Positions 60,761 to 64,000 of a stretch of DNA of 64,000 bases are shown here, in pieces. The stretch's first letter is position 1; each line of letters begins with the position of its first letter. Both the position numbers and the translations under genes were made by a program. The stretch spans positions 1-64,000 of the forward strand of contig NZ_JAVZIN010000008.1 of the NCBI RefSeq assembly GCF_038871235.1, written 5' to 3'. This stretch comes from Candidatus Hadarchaeum sp. (lineage in GTDB: Archaea; Hadarchaeota; Hadarchaeia; Hadarchaeales; Hadarchaeaceae). Under the pieces are notes generated by a model. That model was not told where the DNA came from, did not search any database, and was given only the letters and a program-made list of their open reading frames with translations.

Positions 60761-61816
60761 TCAAACCCATCTCCAAACAAAAGTTTCACTCAAGAGGTAG
60801 TTGAAAATGAAACCGAGCAGGATGCCGATGGTGTTCGCCACCAAAATATGCAGACCGGCGGCTAACAATAATAGAAAAACCACATAATTGACAACTGCGC
60901 CCACCAACACGGACCCATGATATTTCAACAGCCGATAAATAATCCCTCCCGATTTTCTGCCCCTAAATGTCCAGAAGTTATTCAAGGTAAAGTTGCTGAG
61001 GATAGATGACTCAATCGAAAATATTTCGGCGAAAAACGGCGACATGAACGCCGAAGTGACCAGCAACCAGAGTATTCCGTTATTAACAACTATTCCTGAA
61101 ACACCAACGGCCATGAATTTTAATATCCTATAATCCGACAGCCGGAGCAACTGTCTCACATAGCTAAATATTTGCTTTGTACCCAATTTGCTCTTACCCG
61201 CTGCCCGAGTCCGAAAGGTGTACGGAACTTCGACAACCTTACAATACTTCCCCTTCACTAGAATTTCAATGAGCATCTTGAACTCCTTAACATCAATCAC
61301 GGCCCCTTCAATAACGTTCTTTTTGAAGAGAAAATAGCCGGAAAGGGTGTCCTTAACATTTTTTGTTTGAGGCAGAAAAAGATGAGACAACCAAAGCGCC
61401 CCCCTTGAAATTATTTTTCTTAACAGCGGCCAACCTTCAATGTTACCGCCACTAACGTATCGAGAGGCCACAACTATATCGGCACCCTCTTCGGCTCGCT
61501 TCAACATTGTTTTCAAAACCTCCGGAGGATGCTGCAAATCCGCGTCAATGACACCGATAATTTCCCCGTGTGAGACGGCCACCCCATCGAGTATGGCTGT
61601 CCCAAGTCCCAGCTTCCCCGGTCTATGAACCACTGCCACATTTTTGTTCTTTGAAGCTAACTCGTCCGCAAGTTTCCCCGTGCCATCTGGGCTGTTATCA
61701 TCAACAATGATTAACTCAAAATCAACGCCTTTGAGGGTGTTAAAAATACCATCGACCAGTCTTTCTAAATTTTCTGCCTCGTTATAAGTTGGAACTATAA
61801 TGGAAAGTTTGACCAC
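60761..61816 (-). CDS. Dolichol-phosphate mannose synthase-like GT2 + GtrA domain
   Basis: PTYNE, DDNSPDGT, DADLQHPPE, ASRY, C-terminal 4-TM GtrA domain. Confidence 0.9.
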   Translation of the reverse strand: MVKLSIIVPTYNEAENLERLVDGIFNTLKGVDFELIIVDDNSPDGTGKLADELASKNKNVAVVHRPGKLGLGTAILDGVAVSHGEIIGVIDADLQHPPEVLKTMLKRAEEGADIVVASRYVSGGNIEGWPLLRKIISRGALWLSHLFLPQTKNVKDTLSGYFLFKKNVIEGAVIDVKEFKMLIEILVKGKYCKVVEVPYTFRTRAAGKSKLGTKQIFSYVRQLLRLSDYRILKFMAVGVSGIVVNNGILWLLVTSAFMSPFFAEIFSIESSILSNFTLNNFWTFRGRKSGGIIYRLLKYHGSVLVGAVVNYVVFLLLLAAGLHILVANTIGILLGFIFNYLLSETFVWRWV

Positions 61817-61914
61817 AATACTGATGGCGCCGGATGAAGATAAAAAAGCTGGTCAAGGTATCATCAAGAAGAAGCTTAAAATTAAACATCGAAAATTATT
61901 GGGAGGTTTTGAAA

Positions 61915-62256
61915 ATGAAGCTCAACATGAGGTACGTGCTGTTTGACTTCGTAGTCGGTGGGATCTTGGTAGCTGGTGCCTTGCTTGTAGCTTCTATCTT
62001 GGGGCCAACGGCTGGTGGTATCCTCGCAGGAGCCCCCATCCGGACGGCTGCGGTAATCTTCTTAGAGTATTTGCATCGGGGGCTTGATTCTGCTGCCGAG
62101 TTGACGCGGGGTGTGGTTCTGGCTATGATATCGAACGTTTTCTTTGCCATTTCGCTTTACCTCACCCTACCGCGGTTTGGTATCGCCGTCGGGTTCCTCG
62201 CCGCTACAATGGTCTTTGTTACAGCCGTGCTTCTTCTCACAAGCCTAGCACCTTAA
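61915..62256 (+). CDS. Small 4-TM membrane protein
   Basis: SD GGAGG before ATG 61915; GGILAGAP motif. Confidence 0.65.
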   Translation: MKLNMRYVLFDFVVGGILVAGALLVASILGPTAGGILAGAPIRTAAVIFLEYLHRGLDSAAELTRGVVLAMISNVFFAISLYLTLPRFGIAVGFLAATMVFVTAVLLLTSLAP

Positions 62257-62262
62257 AACTCG

Positions 62263-63087
62263 TCAGATATTGCGACCAGTTAACGCCCGGACCAACCTAG
62301 CGGTGGTCTCGGCAACCGCGCGTTCCTCATATGGGACGTATGGTAGGTTGGCTTCCCCCGCCACCAGCTTGGCCAAATTTCCTATTGCCACCGAAGCTTC
62401 ACAATCGGGCTCGTAAACCACGACAGGTACTCCCGCAAGCTCTGCCTCCTGAACCTTAGGATCTTCAGGTATCTCAGATAAAATGGGCAAAGCACCAAGT
62501 GCGCGGCACAAGAAACTTTCCACCTCATCTGGAGTAAGGTCGGCGGCCTTCCCCGTCCGATTAACCACTATACCGCGAGTCCAAGATCCTAAAATGTTGG
62601 CAAGCCTAACTATCTTGTAAGCATCGACCAAACTGGTGTAGGTGGGATTACAGACGGGTATCATCTCCCTTGCGGCCGCGATTGAAATAATCGTGGCGTC
62701 CTGAATTCCTGCCGCTCCGTCAATGAGGAGAAACTCGGTCTGTTTTAACAGCTCTCTTATGACTTCCTCCACCCGCTCACGCTTAACCTTAGTGAGAACC
62801 TCATGGGCATCCTCGAAACGGAAACCCATCGGCACTACTTTTATCCCATAATTTCTGTAAATCACATCCTTAACCTCAGCTTCACCCGTTAAGGCGTCCA
62901 AAAACGAAAGCTCGCATTTGTGCATACCCAACACTATCGCTAAATTGGCCATGCCGAGATCTCCGTCCAAAATGGTCGTGTCCTTGCCAAGAGCTCCCAG
63001 CGCAATTCCGAGGTTGGCTGTCAGCGTCGTCTTTCCGGTCCCTCCCTTACCAGAAGTGATTGATATCGACCGCGGCCTAAACCGCAA
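62263..63087 (-). CDS. minD: MinD/ParA family ATPase
   Basis: Deviant Walker A SGKGGTGKTT, DGDLGMANL, IPEDPKV. Confidence 0.88.
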   Translation of the reverse strand: MRFRPRSISITSGKGGTGKTTLTANLGIALGALGKDTTILDGDLGMANLAIVLGMHKCELSFLDALTGEAEVKDVIYRNYGIKVVPMGFRFEDAHEVLTKVKRERVEEVIRELLKQTEFLLIDGAAGIQDATIISIAAAREMIPVCNPTYTSLVDAYKIVRLANILGSWTRGIVVNRTGKAADLTPDEVESFLCRALGALPILSEIPEDPKVQEAELAGVPVVVYEPDCEASVAIGNLAKLVAGEANLPYVPYEERAVAETTARLVRALTGRNI

Positions 63088-63165
63088 ACTCCTGCCCCCG
63101 GCATTTAATTATGGGTTCTTTACTTAAAAAGAGAAATTTTTGCCGTTGGAGGCTATATGGTGGGA

Positions 63166-64000
63166 TCAATCGGGCAATTCAAGTTTTGCCCCCGGGTTCT
63201 TTGCAAAGTAATCCCTGACCGGAGCCAAAATTTTCACGATGGCCTCAGCCAAAGCTGTTTTAAGGTCCGCCGGATGGAGCTTGCCAGAGGCATAGATCTT
63301 CCGAAGCTCGGTTGCATTTTCTATCTCAATTGGACCACCATACTTCTCCGGCCTGTCGATGCTGAGTTTTCCCAAAGCCGGCAGAACAAAATACTCGGCG
63401 TACTCAATTACTGGATTGTCCTTCACCGTCTTCGGCGGGCAGAAAGCCTTCGCCACCTTCTGTTTTATGACGGCGGGATCGTCATCGACCGCGATAAAAT
63501 TACCCCTGCTCGACGACATTTTTACCTCCCCGTCCAGACCGTGAAGTAGCGGGAGATGAAGGCATACTGGTTTTTTATAACCTAGTTCAGGGAGTCTTTC
63601 TCGGGCTACCATGTGTACCTTGCGCTGATCTATTCCTCCAACCGCTATGTCAGCGTCTAAATGGGCTATGTCTACTGACTGCATAAGGGGGTAGATTGTC
63701 TGTGCAACGTCGGGGGCTTTGGTCTGCCGGGCTATTTCCGCCATGGCTCGGCGCGCTCTAAGAATGGTCGTGTTGGTGGCCATCCTGAGCACATCCAATA
63801 CATATTCTGGTTTTAGTTGAAAGCTTGAGCCAAAAACGAATTTTGTTTGCTTCGGATCCAGACCAAGTGCAATAAAACAGTGCTTGTTATATTCGGCCAC
63901 CCTTTGGATCTCCTCTAAAGTGCCCTTGTGGTTCAAAAACGCGTGTAAATCGGCTAATAGCACCGTGACTTGGCCTCCAGCTCTTTGGATATCAATGAGC
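63166..64000 (-). CDS. tyrS: Tyrosine--tRNA ligase (archaeal), 5' end outside the window
   Basis: LADLHA, YPLMQ, GGIDQRK, KMSSS, LHPADLK; frame is open to the window end. Confidence 0.95.
   Translation of the reverse strand, partial: LIDIQRAGGQVTVLLADLHAFLNHKGTLEEIQRVAEYNKHCFIALGLDPKQTKFVFGSSFQLKPEYVLDVLRMATNTTILRARRAMAEIARQTKAPDVAQTIYPLMQSVDIAHLDADIAVGGIDQRKVHMVARERLPELGYKKPVCLHLPLLHGLDGEVKMSSSRGNFIAVDDDPAVIKQKVAKAFCPPKTVKDNPVIEYAEYFVLPALGKLSIDRPEKYGGPIEIENATELRKIYASGKLHPADLKTALAEAIVKILAPVRDYFAKNPGAKLELPD

Overview
Archaeal chromosomal window made mostly of core genes. Archaeal evidence: aEF-2, Alba, L10e, archaeal Mat/TgtA/TyrRS/AspRS, GGTGA/GGAGG ribosome-binding sites and TATA promoters. 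The gene complement suggests an anaerobe, possibly Hadarchaeota-like, but this is inference only. Left to right: the distal half of an Mbh-type group 4 [NiFe]-hydrogenase operon with HycI and HypE; an unexplained HTH + AAA+ ATPase pair behind a 10-bp-periodic GACA repeat region; an HTH-alba-KH-aspS-trmI block; HMG-CoA synthase/thiolase/DUF35; mat-tgtA-lrp-R15P isomerase; a Ni/Co ECF transporter with NikR; acs, PiT, nth, lysC, rsmA, EF-2, tRNA-Leu(CAG); a Pat-like acetyltransferase, PPDK, speB, L10e, a DRG GTPase; an unassigned ~231-nt structured RNA; GGR, pth2, thiL; gcvPB/PA/H with lipS1/lipS2/lplAB; ABC, TatD, macrodomain; a DPMS/PMT glycosylation pair with an acidic surface protein; minD and partial tyrS. 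No CRISPR array, integrase or transposase was seen. The two best novelty candidates are (1) the GACA-repeat / MerR-like HTH / ExeA-like ATPase module with a MinD-like membrane tail (6630-8382) and (2) the orphan structured ncRNA (45463-45693). All calls come from reading motifs by eye; no database searches were run.
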